A stretch of 64,000 nucleotides of DNA from Eledone cirrhosa (taxonomy: Eukaryota). The stretch's first letter is position 1. Each line of letters begins with the position of its first letter. A program made the translations under genes and the position numbers. The stretch covers positions 33,590-97,589 of the forward strand of contig CAXHJY010000057.1 of the NCBI GenBank assembly GCA_964016885.1. Direction: 5' to 3'. Shown here piece after piece: positions 24,823 to 40,390 of the stretch. The notes under the pieces were generated by a model. It did no database searches. It had not been told where the DNA came from and worked only from the letters and a program-made list of their open reading frames with translations.

Positions 24823-26894
24823 TAACTGCAGTGTTAGATAGATAGGCAGACATACATACAGACAGATAGATAGAGGCAGAGATAGACAGAGAGAGAGAGG
24901 AGTAAGATGGAGGAAAGATACAGAGGCACACAGTGTCACAGACAACCAGACACAGAGAGAGACAGACAGACAAACACAAAGAGACAGACAGACAGTCAAA
25001 CACAAAGAGACAGACAGACAGACAGACACAAAGAGACAGACAGACAAACAGACGGGCAGACACGTAGACAGAGAAATTTTTAAAAGAAAATCGTGTTTCT
25101 TTAAACGTTTAATTATTTTTTTTAATTAATTTATATTTTAAAATTATTTCAGGCAATTTTTTTTTGGCTAATTTTTTATATAACTTTTTTAACTTCTAAT
25201 TTTACAATTTAATTTAAATATTTTATATTTTGATATTTCTTTTATGTTATATTTTAAAATATTTGTTTGTTACTGTTGATGTTGTTGTTGTGTTGTTACT
25301 GTTGTTATTGTTGTTGCTGTTGTGTTGATATTGATGTTATTGTTTTTTTTTTGTTTGGTGTTCTTACTGTTATTTTTTTTATATTGTATATTTTATATTG
25401 TTTTTTAATATTTATTTCTTATTGTTGTCACTGTTTTTGGTGTTCACACTGTTGTTAATGATGTTGGTTGTTATTGGTGTTGTTGTTACTGTTTTTTGTT
25501 CTTAAACTTGCAGTTCTTGTTAATGTTATGTTTTTGGTGTTCTTACTCTTATTATTGTTGTTGTTGTCGTTTGCTGTTGTTGATATTGTTACTGTTATTG
25601 TTATTAAACATTTTTATTATTACTGTTGTTGTTATTGCCTTTCTACTCAATTTCTGTTTATCTTATTTTAAAGATGACAATGAAGATAGCTTCAGTTGTT
25701 GTTGTTGCTGTTATTGATGTCACTGTCGTCTTCCGCTATGTCCCACGTTGTTGATGTTATTGTTATTGTCACTGTCGTCTTGTTATGTCCGACGTTGTTG
25801 TTGTCTTATAACTCCATTGCTGTTTATCTTACTCTAGAAACCACAACAACAATGGCGCTGGTTTCGGTTGTTATTAATATTTTGGACTCGTCAGAGATTT
25901 AGATAAAAGGTCTCGCCTTATTAATTAAGGTTTTCTTGCATTATTTTACTGGCTTTATTCAATAAACTGCTGCAATCTTGGGGTTAACGCCTGGGTTTAT
26001 CGATCATACAGACCCCAATTCTAATTTTATTCAAATATCATCCCGTATTTTATCAATCTCTTTTGTCCAACCGCTATGTAAGACAAACACAGACAAACAT
26101 TTGCTGGCTTTGTGCTAATGCTGGAAAGATTATTACTACTACTACAACAGCTAGTACTATTACTACTACTATTAGTACTATTACTACTACTGTCACTTTT
26201 GCATGGTGAATTCTTTTCTACATATCCGAAATAATTTTATTATACATCCTATATATATATATATATATTTGTGTGTTAAAAATAAGACATAAAAAGCCTT
26301 CTAATAAATATGTGTATACATTTTTGGGGACACCCTGTATTATATATATATATATATATAGGGTGTTAAAATAAGACATCAAAAGCCTTCTAATAAATAT
26401 GTGTATACATTTTTGGGGGACACCCTGTATTATATGACCGTATGAGGTTGACGGCTTACGACCCTGAGGTAAACAGGCGAAAGTCCAGAGTAACAAGACA
26501 TTATTTAGGTTCGAATCAAATAAGTGTTTATGTATGTATGTGCGTATGTGTGTGTATGTGTATGTATGTGCGTATGTATGTGTATGTATGTGAGTATGTG
26601 TGTGTATGTGTGTGTGTTTAAACGCATTTTTTTCCATTCTATTTCTTAATATAATTCCTTTATGGCTCTCGTTTCTTTTTTATTGCTCTCCAGCTCCCCC
26701 CCCCCATCAACCAACCACCACACTCCCCCATACACCCTAACACAATTCAATCACATCCTTATTATTGCCGTTATTATTTTTACTTTTTCTCACTCTTTCT
26801 TCTTCATGTCTACATCAGATGTCCTTGTGGCAAATAAAATAAATTATTATTATTATGATTATATATAAATATATAATATTATATATAAATATTA

Positions 26895-27160
26895 TTCGCA
26901 CTCTGAGTATGTGTCTGTAAATTAAAGGTGGAAAACTGGGAGAGGCACTTGCCCTGGTGGTCAGGGTCACTGTGACCTTTTAATGGGCTTTCTCCACAAA
27001 TGTCTCTCGGAAGACTCCCCCTATTGGGGAATTTTTCATTGTTATTTTTTTATTAAATCCTTTGTTTGTTTTTTTACACGCAGAAATGCCCATTTGTACC
27101 GTCCTGTACTGTCCTTAATGTCTACTTTATGTAAACCCTTGTGGTTAATAAAGAAAGCAT
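26895..27160 (+). mobile_element. Tx1/L1-like 3' UTR fragment
   Basis: cttgccctggtg.tcaggg, ccccctattggggaattttt and cccttgtggttaataaagaaa are shared with 41232-41578 and 51420-51657. Short tails also at ~27330-27440, ~28835-28900, ~30020-30080 and ~40115-40168. Confidence 0.7.
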
Positions 27161-27228
27161 CATATAAATATTATTATAATTATTATTATATAAATAAACA
27201 ATAAATAAATAAATAAAAATAACGAAAG

Positions 27229-27267
<39 letters not shown>

Positions 27268-27813
27268 AATTATCATCATCATCATCGCCATCATCCTCAT
27301 TGCCTTATAAATGCTTTTCATTGTGGTTATTTTTTTTAGAATTTCTGTTGTATATGTTTTATTGTCAGTTTTATTTGTATTGTCCTGTACCGTTTTCAAT
27401 GTTTCCTTAATGTGAGACCCGTGTGGCTAATAAAGAAATTATTATTAGTATTAATGCTATATTATTGCTGTTGTTGTCATATTATTAATATAATTGTTGT
27501 TGCTGTTATTGTGGTGTTAATGTCATTGTGTCTTCGACATGGCGAACGACTGATCGACTTGCCTCGACGTCATCTACAGATTTAATACATATCACACACA
27601 CACACACAATATGTACACAAATACACACACACATATATATATATATACAAACAAACATATATATATATATATATATATATACATACGCACACACACACAC
27701 ACAAATTATATATATATATATATTTTGTGTGTACATACATACACACAAAAACAGATATATCGACATCTACACATTTAATATATCTACACATACACAAATA
27801 TATATACGCGAAA

Positions 27814-27868
<55 letters not shown>

Positions 27869-28109
27869 AATACATACACATAAATATATATAAACACACA
27901 CACTCTCTCATTGTCTTGTAGGTCAAGTCGCCACACGTTTATATATATGTGTAGTGTGTCGGGGTAGTGTGACTAGATGCGTTGTCCTTTATTTATAATA
28001 CGCATGCGCGTGTATGGAATTCTGGCAGTTTATTTAGCTGTGTGAATTTTTCCCTTTGACTGATATATATATATATTTGTATATATATATATATACAAAT
28101 ATGTGTGTG

Positions 28110-28147
<38 letters not shown>

Positions 28148-28191
28148 AATATGTGTGTATATACATATATATATATACAAATATGTGTGTG

Positions 28192-28238
<47 letters not shown>

Positions 28239-28942
28239 CGTGGAAGGGTTACCGTTGTGTGTATATGTGTGTATATATATATGTGTGTATGTATGTTTGT
28301 GTGTATATATATATATATATGTGTATGTGTACGTGTATATGTATGTGTGTATATATATGTGTATATATGTGTGTGTGTATATGTGTGTGTGTCGTGGAAG
28401 GGTTACCGTTGTGTGTATATGTGTGTCTATGTGTGTGTATATATATTTGTGTGTATGTATGTGTATATGTATGTATGTGTGTATGTATATATATATATAT
28501 GTGTATGTGTGTATGTACGTGTATATGTATGTGTATATATATATGTGTATGTATGTGTGTATATGTGTGTGTGTGTCGTGGAAGGGCTACGTTATGTTTT
28601 GTGTGCGTCATGGAAGGGTTACCGTTGTGTGTACATGTGTGTGTGTGTATGAACACGTGTGTGTGTATGTACACGTGTGTGTGTATGTATATGTGCGTGT
28701 GCGTGTGCGTGTGCGTGTGGCCAGCCATTGTATTCTTTTGCTGTGTACTTCTTTCATCTCTTGTACTCCATTGAAATACTGATATCTTCTTTCGCCTTAA
28801 TTAATAACAACAACAACAACACTAATGACTTCAATTATTGGTCACAAGGGCCGACATATAGGGGACAATACAAAGACAGGGACAGGGACAGTGGGGCAGA
28901 GCTACAATAAGACTGAGTAAAAATAATAATATTAATAATAAT

Positions 28943-29025
28943 AATTGTTTCTACTTTAGGCACAAGGCCAGCAATTACCTCAGTACATTACTGGTACTTT
29001 ATTTTATCGACCCCGTAAGGATGAA
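28943..29025 (-). mobile_element. SINE family A 3' fragment
   Basis: Tail and central domain only. Confidence 0.8.
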
Positions 29026-29105
29026 ATAATAATAATAATAACAATAATAATAATAATAATAATAATAATATCAATAACAATAACAATAATACCAACAACA
29101 ATAAT

Positions 29106-29605
29106 TGACCACATTCTGAGAAGTGGTATGAGCCAGAGTCGGTGATCGAAGACGATCAGGTGAAGGTGCTGTGGGATTTTAGGATACAGACGGACAAGAA
29201 ACTGGAACACAATAAGCCTGACCTGGTGGGTTTGGACAAGGAAAAAGATTGTGCCTGATTGTGGATGTGGCCTGTCCATTCGACACGAGAGTGCAAGTAA
29301 AGGAGAGGGAGAAAATTAACCGATACCAGGACTTAAAGTGGGAGGTAAAAAGAATTTGAAACTGCCATGAAATCAGAGTCGTCCCGATTGTAATAGGTGC
29401 ACTAGGTACTAGATCAAAGAGTTTCCAGGGATGGTTAAAGAAAATTAGTGCAGCCCCGCTTTTTGGAACACTTCAAAAGGCATGCTTGCTGGGAACAGCA
29501 AGAACCCTCCGATACGTCCTGAATATCTGAGGCTGCAGGTAGCAGCTTGATATTCATTTCAACAAACTTTCCAGTAAAATAACATCAATGACTGAGACTC
29601 AAAGA
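29106..29605 (+). mobile_element. R4/Dong-type non-LTR retrotransposon 3' fragment (restriction-like endonuclease), disrupted
   Basis: EKWYEPESVIEDDQVKVLWDFRIQTDKKLEHNKPDLV...CLIVDVACPFD...KEREKINRYQDLKWEVKRI*...VVPIVIGALG...LQKACLLGTARTLRYVLNI*. One frameshift and one stop; (AAT)n on both flanks. Confidence 0.85.
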
Positions 29606-29612
29606 ATAATAA

Positions 29613-30017
29613 TAATTGTTTCTACTATTGGCACAAGGCCAGCAATTATCCCAGCGCATTACTGGTACTTTATTTTATCGACCCCCGTAAGGATGAAAGA
29701 CAAAGTTAACCTCGGCGGGTTTTGAACTCAGAATGGCAAGGGCCGTAACTCTATACGTCAACGCACGGCGTCCGACCCTCTACCGACTCTGCCAATCCAC
29801 CGCCCTTGAAAGAACAATAATAATGATAATAATTGTTTCTACTTTTGGCACAAGGCCAGCAATTACCCCCGGTACATTACTGGTACTTTATTTTATCGAC
29901 TCCGTAAGGATGAAAGGCAAAGTCAACCTCGGCGGGATTTGAACTCAGACCGTAAAGGGACGTAACTATGCTGGAAAGCATGGCGTCCGACCCTCTACCG
30001 ATACTGCCAATCCACCA
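29613..30017 (-). mobile_element. Two tandem SINE family A copies (29613-29805, 29830-30017)
   Basis: Full-length reverse copies. Confidence 0.9.
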
Positions 30018-30337
30018 GGTTTTATTAGCCACAGGAGCCCTCAAAAGAGTTTAGGGGGAGGTAAAAAAAGGGACCCAACACACAATGACTTTATATTACA
30101 TCATATCGTTGTTATAATGTAATTATTCCATTGTTGTTGTTGTCTGTCTATTGATGTTGTCATTGCTGCTACTGTTGTTGTTGTTATTGATATTAATATT
30201 GCTGTTATTGCTGTTGTTGTTGGTGTTGTTGGTGTTGTTGGTGTTGTCTGTCTGAGTGCTGCTGCTGCTGCTCTTATTTTTTTGTCTACCTCGTATTATT
30301 GATTTTGTTGGTATTATTGTTTTTCTGCTTTTTATTG

Positions 30338-31185
30338 TTTGTGTCTGTTGTTGTTGTGTCTGTTGTTGTTGTTGTGTCTGTTGTTGTTGTGTCTGTTGTT
30401 GTTGTTGGTCTGTTGTTGTTGTTGGTCTGTTGTTGTTGTTGGTCTGTTGTTGTTGTGTCTGTTGTTATTGTGTCTGTTGTTGTCTGTTGTTGTCTGTTGT
30501 CTGTTGTGTCTGTTGTTATTGTGTCTGTTGTTGTTGTGTCTGTTGTTGTGTCTGTTGTTGTTGTTGTTGTGTCTGTTGTTGTTGTGTCTGTTGTTGTTGT
30601 GTCTGTTGTTGTTGTGTCTGTTGTTGTTGTGTCTGTTGTTGTTGTGTCTGTTGTTGTTGTGTCTGTTGTTGTTGTGTCTGTTGTTGTCTGTTGTTGTCTG
30701 TTGTTGTCTGTTGTCTGTTGTTGTCTGTTGTTGTCTGTTGTCTGTTGTTGTGTCTGTTGTTGTGTCTGTTGTTGTTGTGTCTGTTGTGTCTGTTGTCTGT
30801 TGTTGTGTCTGTTGTTGTGTCTGTTGTTGTGTGTTGTTGTGTCTGTTGTTGTTGTGTCTGTTGTTGTTGTTGTGTCTGTTGTTGTTGTGTCTGTTGTTGT
30901 GTCTGTTGTTGTTGTGTCTGTTGTTGTGTCTGTTGTTGTGTCTGTTGTTGTTGTGTCTGTTGTTGTGTCTGTTGTGTCTGTTGTTGTTGTGTCTGTTGTG
31001 TCTGTTGTTGTCTGTTGTTGTGTCTGTTGTTATATATGTTGTGTCTGTTGTTGTGTCTGTTGTTGTTGTCTGTTGTGTCTGTTGTTGTTGTGTCTGTTGT
31101 TGTGTCTGTTGTTGTTGTGTCTGTTGTTGTTGTGTCTGTTGTTGTTGTTATGTATGTTGTTGTTCTTATGTCTGTTGTTGTTGCT
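30338..31185. repeat. (GTT)n/GTCT compound repeat
   Basis: Direct reading; gives the poly-C/V/L pseudo-ORFs. Confidence 0.95.
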
Positions 31186-31371
31186 TAAGTTATCTTTCCG
31201 GACCAACAACGTTCCATGTTCAAAGCCTTGATTCAAACACCTCCATCACACAGACACACACACACACACACACGTTCCTCCATCTCTCTCTTTATCACCT
31301 TCTCCGACTTCTCTCTCTTTCATTGCCAAAATATCGTCTCCAGACAATATATTAGCCTCTCGGTGTATATA

Positions 31372-31406
<35 letters not shown>

Positions 31407-31665
31407 TATATATATATATTATATATATACGCACATATATCACACCCTCTCTCTGTCCCATCACATTCACTATATATCACCCTCTCAGTCTCTCTCTCTC
31501 TCTCTCTCACTCACATACAGTCTCACCATCCCCTCCCCACTTTCTATATATCAGTCTATCTCTCTCTCTCTCTCTCATAGCGTCTCACCATCCCCTCCCC
31601 CTTTCTATATATCAGTCTCTCTCTCTCTCATAGCGTCTCACCATCCCCTCCCCCTTTTTATATAT

Positions 31666-31711
<46 letters not shown>

Positions 31712-32068
31712 ACACACTGTCAGTTTTTGCGTCTCATTTCGATGCAACGATAGATATGCATATTTGCACATATGAATATATGCACATATGAATAAATGCA
31801 CATATGAATATATGCACAGATGCATATGTGTACAGATGCATGTGCACATGAATACATGCACAGATGTATATGTACAGAGATGTATATAGGCAGAAATGCA
31901 TGTGCACATATGTATATATGCTCAGACGCACATATGCAGATGTGCACATATGCAGAGGTGCATGTATACACATATGGATGAGATATGCTTCATGTCTAGA
32001 CCCCATTAAAATACATGCAAACACATGCACACACGTCCATTGATATATGCAACCATATGTACACACAC

Positions 32069-32099
<31 letters not shown>

Positions 32100-32158
32100 C
32101 ACACACAAACACATATACACAATAGATATACCTACATACGCATACACTCACACACAAG

Positions 32159-32200
<42 letters not shown>

Positions 32201-32328
32201 CATACACAATATATATTCCTATATACATATAAGTACACACACGACCGTTCAAATATGCAGTATATATACACATACTGCATATATATGTATATATATATAT
32301 ATTCACATAAGTACATACATGAATGGTA

Positions 32329-32384
<56 letters not shown>

Positions 32385-32710
32385 CCGTTCATACCCATAT
32401 GTGTACACGCAATTCATTTTTTTTCCTCTATAGCTGTATCTTATTTTTTAAGTGTCTCTCTATCTCTCTCTCTCTCTCTCTACCTCCATTTCACTCCTGA
32501 CTCTCTGCGCCCCACCCCCTCCCACTCTCTCTTACCATGTTATCATATTGATGCAGCAATATGCAGTAATGTGCACCCACCCCGTGTGCATACAACAGTA
32601 ATGTCTTCGTTCTCCAACTTACAATCACTCAACGTCACGTACAGAACTTCGCTCGCACAGACTCACAAACACACACGCTATATACACACACACATGTATA
32701 TATATATATA

Positions 32711-32759
<49 letters not shown>

Positions 32760-32962
32760 TACATACGGTGCACCGAAGCATGCAATCAATTCTTTGGGGT
32801 AGCGTGACCTTAGGTTGCAATTTTGCAATATATATATATATATTATACACTTCTACTTATATATATATATATTATATATATATGTGTGTGTATGTATGTA
32901 TATGCTCACATGCCTAATATTACATCTTACATAACAGGCTTCAAACAAATACGCATACACAG

Positions 32963-33010
<48 letters not shown>

Positions 33011-33628
33011 CACACACACATACATATATAAGCAGGCAGACATATACATACATTCATTCATGCATACAAACACACATGAACATATATACATAAACACACT
33101 TGCACCCATATACATACAGATATACACACATACACGAAAATTCACAACCCCACATATACATATGTCCTCACATACACACACACATACATATATACAGACA
33201 TATGCACGAACATATATACATGCACACATGCACACATGCAAACCGACATATACATATGTCCTCACATTTACACATACATAAAGAACATACATACACCCAC
33301 ATGAACATATACACACAAACATATATACACACACATACACACTCACACATGTACACACACACACATATATACATACACACATACACACTTATATGTCTGG
33401 CAATATTTCAGAGACAATAATGTTAATGTAGTGAAATATATGTTTTGTTGTCGATCTATCGATATATTGGAAAATATTGGCCTTTATTCACTGACTGCTT
33501 CATCAATTGATTTATCGATCTAGCGATTGATTTATTTCATTATTTTTTTGTTTTTGTTTTTCATTTCAGTTCATTTGCTCCACTTTTTGTTCACATCAAA
33601 AACATATAATTTTGAGTTCAATCATTCC

Positions 33629-33659
<31 letters not shown>

Positions 33660-33796
33660 CATATATAGAGACAGAGAGGGACAAGGAGAGAGGGGGAGAG
33701 AGAGGGGAGAGAGAGAGAGGGGAGATAGAGAGGGGGAGTTTGTGGTGCTGAGTACTAGGACACCTCTAATCATGGGAGTACTCGTTATATATATAT

Positions 33797-34003
33797 CGAC
33801 AGTCGATTAACTTTCGTCGACCGAGGAAACAATGTTTCCGTTGGTCTTTCCAATTGCTAGTACTCCCTATCGGTCGCAACTCCAGCTAGTCGGAACAACG
33901 TGAAATAAAGTGTCTTGCTGAAGGACAAAACGCTTCACAAAGTCCAGGAAACGCACTCACAACCACACGATTGCGAATCCAATTCTCTAACCACTCAGCC
34001 ATC
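33797..34003 (-). mobile_element. SINE family B
   Basis: Reverse-complement homologue of 17808-18012. Confidence 0.75.
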
Positions 34004-34382
34004 TGGGTATAATGTGGATAGAAATATAAAGTTGGTATTGAGCTTAAAATGATGACAAAACAAAACAAAACAATACAATACAAAAAAATTATTTCAAGGT
34101 AAAGACCGCTTCTCAAATGAACGCAGAAAACCGAAACGTTCTCTTTTCATGGAACATTCTTTTTCTGCGATCATTTGAAAACAAGTGGATGTTTCGTTTG
34201 TATAACTTTGTAAAGGAAATGCTAAAGGGGTCCTTGTTCGGACTGCAGATTCCCTGACGCTTTGGATGACGCTCAATGTGAGCAAGTAAAACTATCAACC
34301 AAACACTAATTGATTGTTAGAAGGATACACAGCTACAGTTTAACATTGGTTATTTATGAAGCGATGATATATGTAGGCAACG

Positions 34383-34419
<37 letters not shown>

Positions 34420-34822
34420 ATATACAACTATATATACGTATACATGTGTGTGTGAGTGTATAAAAAATATTCTCTATATATTTTACATGGAACATCTATT
34501 TGTTTTTGACACTCCTTCTGCACATCTCTAAACACACATTTTATATATATATATATATACTTACACATATATGTGTAGATATATATACACATGAACTACA
34601 CCTAGAGACATACAAATGCAACGAATTATTAATCCAAAACAAATGGATTCTTTCTCTCTCTCTTTCAATCACCCTCTCTCTTTCACTCACCCTCTGCATT
34701 ACTATATCCCTCCTCTCTACATCTATCTATACTCCTACTTTCCCTCTCTATATCTCTTTAGTCTCTCTCTTCACTCACTACCGCTCTCTTCACTTTCTCC
34801 CTTCTCTCTCCACTTATTCCCT

Positions 34823-34863
<41 letters not shown>

Positions 34864-35186
34864 ACTCACACCCTCTCTATAACTATCTTCCTCTCTACAG
34901 CATATTTCTCCCCTCTCCCTATCTATCTCTCACTCACCCTCTCTATCACTGTCTCCCTATCTATATGTGTCCCCTCTCTCTCTCTCTCTTCACTCCCTCT
35001 CTCTATCTCCCTCTCTATCACTGTCTCCCTATCTATATTTGTCCCCTCTCCAATCCAACCTTCACCCAATTACCCCCAATTATTTTGCTGCTAGCTAATT
35101 AAAGCTGCTCTTAACGATGAGGTTATACAGCAGAAGGGGTGTGTGAGTGTGTTCCTGTGTGTGTGTGTGTGTGTGTGTGTCTGTGT

Positions 35187-35217
<31 letters not shown>

Positions 35218-35389
35218 CTATCATGTTTTAATATTTATGGACAAAACATTGTTTTTATACTTGTGCATGTGTAAAAGTGTTTATGCACCTCTTTCTCTCG
35301 TGCGTGTGCGTGTGTGTATGTGTGCGTGTGTGTGTGTGCGTGTGTGTGTGCGGACAGAGAGAGACTACAACATGTACATCCTTACCAAA

Positions 35390-35441
<52 letters not shown>

Positions 35442-35472
35442 ATATATAGCCGTCGGGGTCCTGACTCTTTTC

Positions 35473-35508
<36 letters not shown>

Positions 35509-36492
35509 GTGTATATATATATATATATATATACACACTCCATCATGTGCATGCATAAGACTGTTTTCGGTTTTACGTGTGAAAAATGAGTTTTATATGC
35601 ATGAGTGAGAGAGATGGGGAGAGAGAGGAGAGATGGGGAGAGAGAGGAGAGAGAGGAGAGATGGGGAGAGAGAGAAGAGAGATGGGGAGAGAGAGGGGGA
35701 GAGAGAGAGGGGGAGAGAGAGGAGAGAGATGGGGAGAGATGGGGTGAGAGAGGAGAGAGATGTAGAGGGAGAGAGAGAGGAGAGAGATGTAGAGGGAGAG
35801 AGAGAGGAATAGGGGAGATGGAGAGAGATGGGGAGAGAGGTGTAGAGGGAGAGAGAGGAGAGAGATGGGGAGAGATGGGGTGAGAGAGGAGAGAGATGTA
35901 GAGGGAGAGAGAGAGGAGAGAGATGTAGAGGGAGAGAGAGAGAGGAATAGGGGAGATGGAGAGAGCGGGGAGAGATTGAGGATAAAGAGAGAGAAAGAGG
36001 AGGAAGAGGATAGAGGGGGATGAAGAGGATAGAGGGGGATGAAGAGGATAGAGGGGGATGAAGAGGATAGAGGGGGATGAAGAGGATAGAGCGGATGAAG
36101 ATGGTGAGAAAAATAGGAGAAAGGAAGTGAGCGGTGAGAGAGAGAGAGAGAGAGAGGAGAGGCTAGAGAGATATAGAGAGATATAGAGAGATAGGATAGA
36201 TGAGAAGGGAGAGATGGAGGGGATCAATGAGGAGAGGGTGAGCGGAGGTAGAGAGGAGAAAGGTTAGATTATATAGTTCAGGTGGTTTCCTATAAAATGG
36301 CCGCCATGACAAGTACGATAACGAGCATGCGTAATTGGCCTTCAACGTCCTTCAGTTTCTATTGGTTGGTTACAAACAACAAACACCCCCCCCCTCTACC
36401 TCCACCTTTATACAACAGTTATCGTTCTTGAATATAGATGTCCGTCAAGAATTTAGATTGTATCAAGTTATTTCATGTCTCTCTCTCTCTCA

Positions 36493-36583
<91 letters not shown>

Positions 36584-36785
36584 GTGTGTGTGTGCGTGTG
36601 TGTGTGTGGGGGGGTGTTTGTATGCGTACATGTATGTGTGTATATATGTATATGCGTGTGTATAGTGGATATATATATGAGGGGGGGGGTTTATCTCAGT
36701 ATGTAAAGAGCCGTAACTCTGTGCCACTAAGCCCCTAAGTTTTCCGACGCTCAGCCGATTCTGCCAAGCCATGAAAATAATAAAT

Positions 36786-36975
36786 ATTTCTACTCTTGGT
36801 ACAAGGCCAGCAATTATACCAGTGTATTACAGGTACTTTATTTTATCGACCCAGTAAGGATGAAAGGCAAAGTTAATCTCGGCGGGATTTGAACTCAGAC
36901 TGTAAAGGGACGTAACTCTATGCTACAAAGCATGGCGTCCGACCCTCTACCGATTACTGCCAATTCATTGCCCTT
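36786..36975 (-). mobile_element. SINE family A
   Basis: Full-length reverse copy. Confidence 0.9.
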
Positions 36976-37154
36976 GAAAATAATAATATTGAAAGTTGCG
37001 TTGGTAGAGTTCAGAATTGGCGCAGGATCAGAATCATGATTTGGTGCCTGGCTTTGAACATTATGGAGTTCCGTGACGTTCAGATCTTTCCAGAAGGTCT
37101 TAATTAAGTAATACAGGTGACGTGACACAACAATAACAACAACAACGGCAGCAG

Positions 37155-37191
<37 letters not shown>

Positions 37192-40100
37192 AGCAGCTGC
37201 AGCAGCGACAACACCAACAACAACAACAACACCACCAACAACAACAACACCACCACCAACAACACCACCACCACCACCACCACCCATACCAACAACAACC
37301 ATAACAACAACAACAACACCACAACCACCACCAACAATCACACCACCAACAACAACACTACCACCACCAACAACAACCACACCACCAACAACACCACCAC
37401 CAACCACACCACCACCAACAGCCACACCAACCACACCACCAACAACAACCACACCACCACCAACAGCCACACCACCACCACCACCACCACCAACCATACC
37501 AACAACAACCATACCAACAACAACAACACCACCACCACCAACCATACCAACAACAACCATACCAACAACAACACCACCACCACCACCAACACCACCACCA
37601 ACCTAAAATGTAAATCACTCAAGCTCTTCACCATTAAAAGAAAAATTCTTTAAAAAAAATTAAGTAAATCTAGATTTCGTTTCTTTAGCATCAATAGATC
37701 GGATGGGAGAGGCGTGACTGATCCCTATTGTGTGTGTGTGTGTGCGTGTATGCGTGTGTGCGTGTGCGCGTGCGTGTGTGTGTGTGTGTGTCAGTGTATC
37801 TGTGTGTGAGTGAGTGTGTGAGTGAGTGTATGTGTGTATGTACTTTTGGATAAGTATGTCTTTAAGTCACTATATAGGTGTACGTGTAGGAGTGATATTT
37901 GTGTGTATATCGGTATATACGTGTGTGTATGTACAGGAGTGTATATGTGTATATGTGTGTATATCGGTATATACGTGTGTGTATGTATATGTGTGTATAT
38001 GTGTGTATATCGGTATATACGTGTATGCACTTTTTTTCCTTAAAGTAGTTACCAACGTGTGTGTGTATCTGTATATGATTGTGTGAGTATATATGTGAAT
38101 ATGTGTGTATGTGTATATATGTGTGTGTATGTATATATATGTGTGTGTATGTATATATATATATATGTGTGTATGTATATATAAGAGTGTGTATGTATAT
38201 ATATGTGTGAGTATGTATATATATGTATATATATATATATATATATATGTGTGCGTGTGTGTATGTATATATATATGTGTGTATGTATACATGTGTGTGC
38301 GTTTCGGACGCAGTTTTTTTTTTAAAGCAGCAAGCAACGAAATTAATTAAAGTTTCTGTGACTCCATATATACGTGTTCGTGTGTGCAGGCGTGCATAGC
38401 TTTATGTATATATACACACGTTTGTGTGTGTATATGTATTTATGTATATATATATACATGTGTGCGTGTGCGTATGCGTGTGCGTGTGTGTGTGTGTGTG
38501 TGCTGAGGAGTGGAGATGAAATAATTAGACCCAATCAAAGATGAGTGTGAGGTCTGTTTCCCTAAGTTTTTTTAAACACAAGGAAATTAAAATGAGTTCA
38601 TGATTAGCTCATGAAAACACACACAGATAATCCTATCTACACACATATATATATATATAAATATATGTAAGCCGAAACCATAACGATATTCAGTGGATAG
38701 CTGATGACAGTGTGGGGGGGGGGGGCGTGCGTGTGTGTGTGTGCATGTGTGTGTGTGCCTGTGTGTGTGTGCCTGTGTGTGTGTGCATGTGTGTGTGTGC
38801 CTGTGTGTGTGAGTGTGTGTGTGAGTGTGTGTGTGAGTGTGTGAGAGCGTGTGTGTCTGTATGTGTTCATGGTGCATTGTTGTCTTTTATCACTAATCCG
38901 ATAGACTTTCTATTCTGCAATTTCTCATCCCACCGCCAAATGTTTTCCACCTACCCCGATACAAAACTACTATTACGACTACTACTACTACCACTACCAC
39001 CACTAGTACTACTACTACTACCACCACTAGTACTACTACTACTACCACCACTACCACCATCACAAGAGTCCCTCTCTTCAACACCAACAACACTGCCACC
39101 ATTCTCCCAATAAAGGAAATCGGAACCAGGGGAGAAATCCTCTGTGGGATATCTCGTCATGTTAATAGCAACCAAATTCTCCTGAAGCACACACTAAGAT
39201 CTTGCATAAACACACACACATATACATACACATTTATACATACAAATTGTAAGATCTTGTATAAAGAAACACATACAGATACATATATACATACATACTG
39301 TAAGATCTTGCATAAACACATATATATGCACACACATACATACATATGTATGTATATACATACATACATACATACATACATACACACCGTAAGATCTTGT
39401 ATAAAGCAACATACACACTGTAAGATCTTGCATTAAAATCACACACACACACAAACAAACACACAGACATACACACACATTGGATAATGTATTCCTAGAT
39501 ACATTTATCAATGAAAGAAATAGAAAAAGAATAGGGAGAGAGAAGAAATAAGAAGGTCCTAGCCGTCATGGGTCTGATCATAAGACAGATTTACTCATTC
39601 AAGACTGACCTAGGGTTAAACAAATACACACAAAAAAAAGACCAAAAAGAATAAACGAACTAAACAACAACAGTCATCCATTCTTTATAAGAAAGAAAAA
39701 ATGAATTAAAATAAAATAAAATCTTTCCCCACATCACCGTCCACCACCCACCACCATTACCACCCACCCCCACCCCACCACCACCTCACCTCACCATAAA
39801 CCACCACCCCACCACCACCTCACCTCACTATAAACCACCACCCCACCACCACTACCCCACCAACACCACCACACCAACACCTCACCTCACTATAAACCAC
39901 CACGCCACCACCATCACCACCACCACCACCCACTACCATCCTACCACTAAAAAAAAAGGGATTTACATTATTGCATCAGACGAAGGAGAAAAAAGCCGTG
40001 ACTGATATGTGTGGCGACCCTCGTCCTTTTAGTCTTTGTATTATTGTTGTTGTTGTTATTGTTGTTATTGTTGTTATTGTTGTTATTGTTGTTGTTATTT

Positions 40101-40208
40101 ATGTTATTATTACTGTGTCTTTGTATTGTCCCTTTCATGGCGGCCCTTGAGGCTAATAAAGGAAATCATTTCAATTATTATTATTATTATTATTATTATC
40201 ATTATTAC

Positions 40209-40390
40209 TGAGGTGGATTGACAGTAATCGGTAGAGCGTCGGATGCCAAGCTTTGAGGCATAGAGTTACGGCCCTTTATAATCTGTGTTGAAATCCCGTC
40301 GAGATTAACTTTGCCTTTCATCCTTACAGAGGTCGATAAAATAAAGTACCAGTAATACACTGGATTAGATTTAATCAAATTTCCCCCCAA
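40209..40390 (+). mobile_element. SINE family A
   Basis: Head through central domain. Confidence 0.85.

Noticed and set aside
27965-27990. TGACTAGA miR-279-family seed
   Set aside because: The rest of the mature sequence does not match and no complementary arm was seen.
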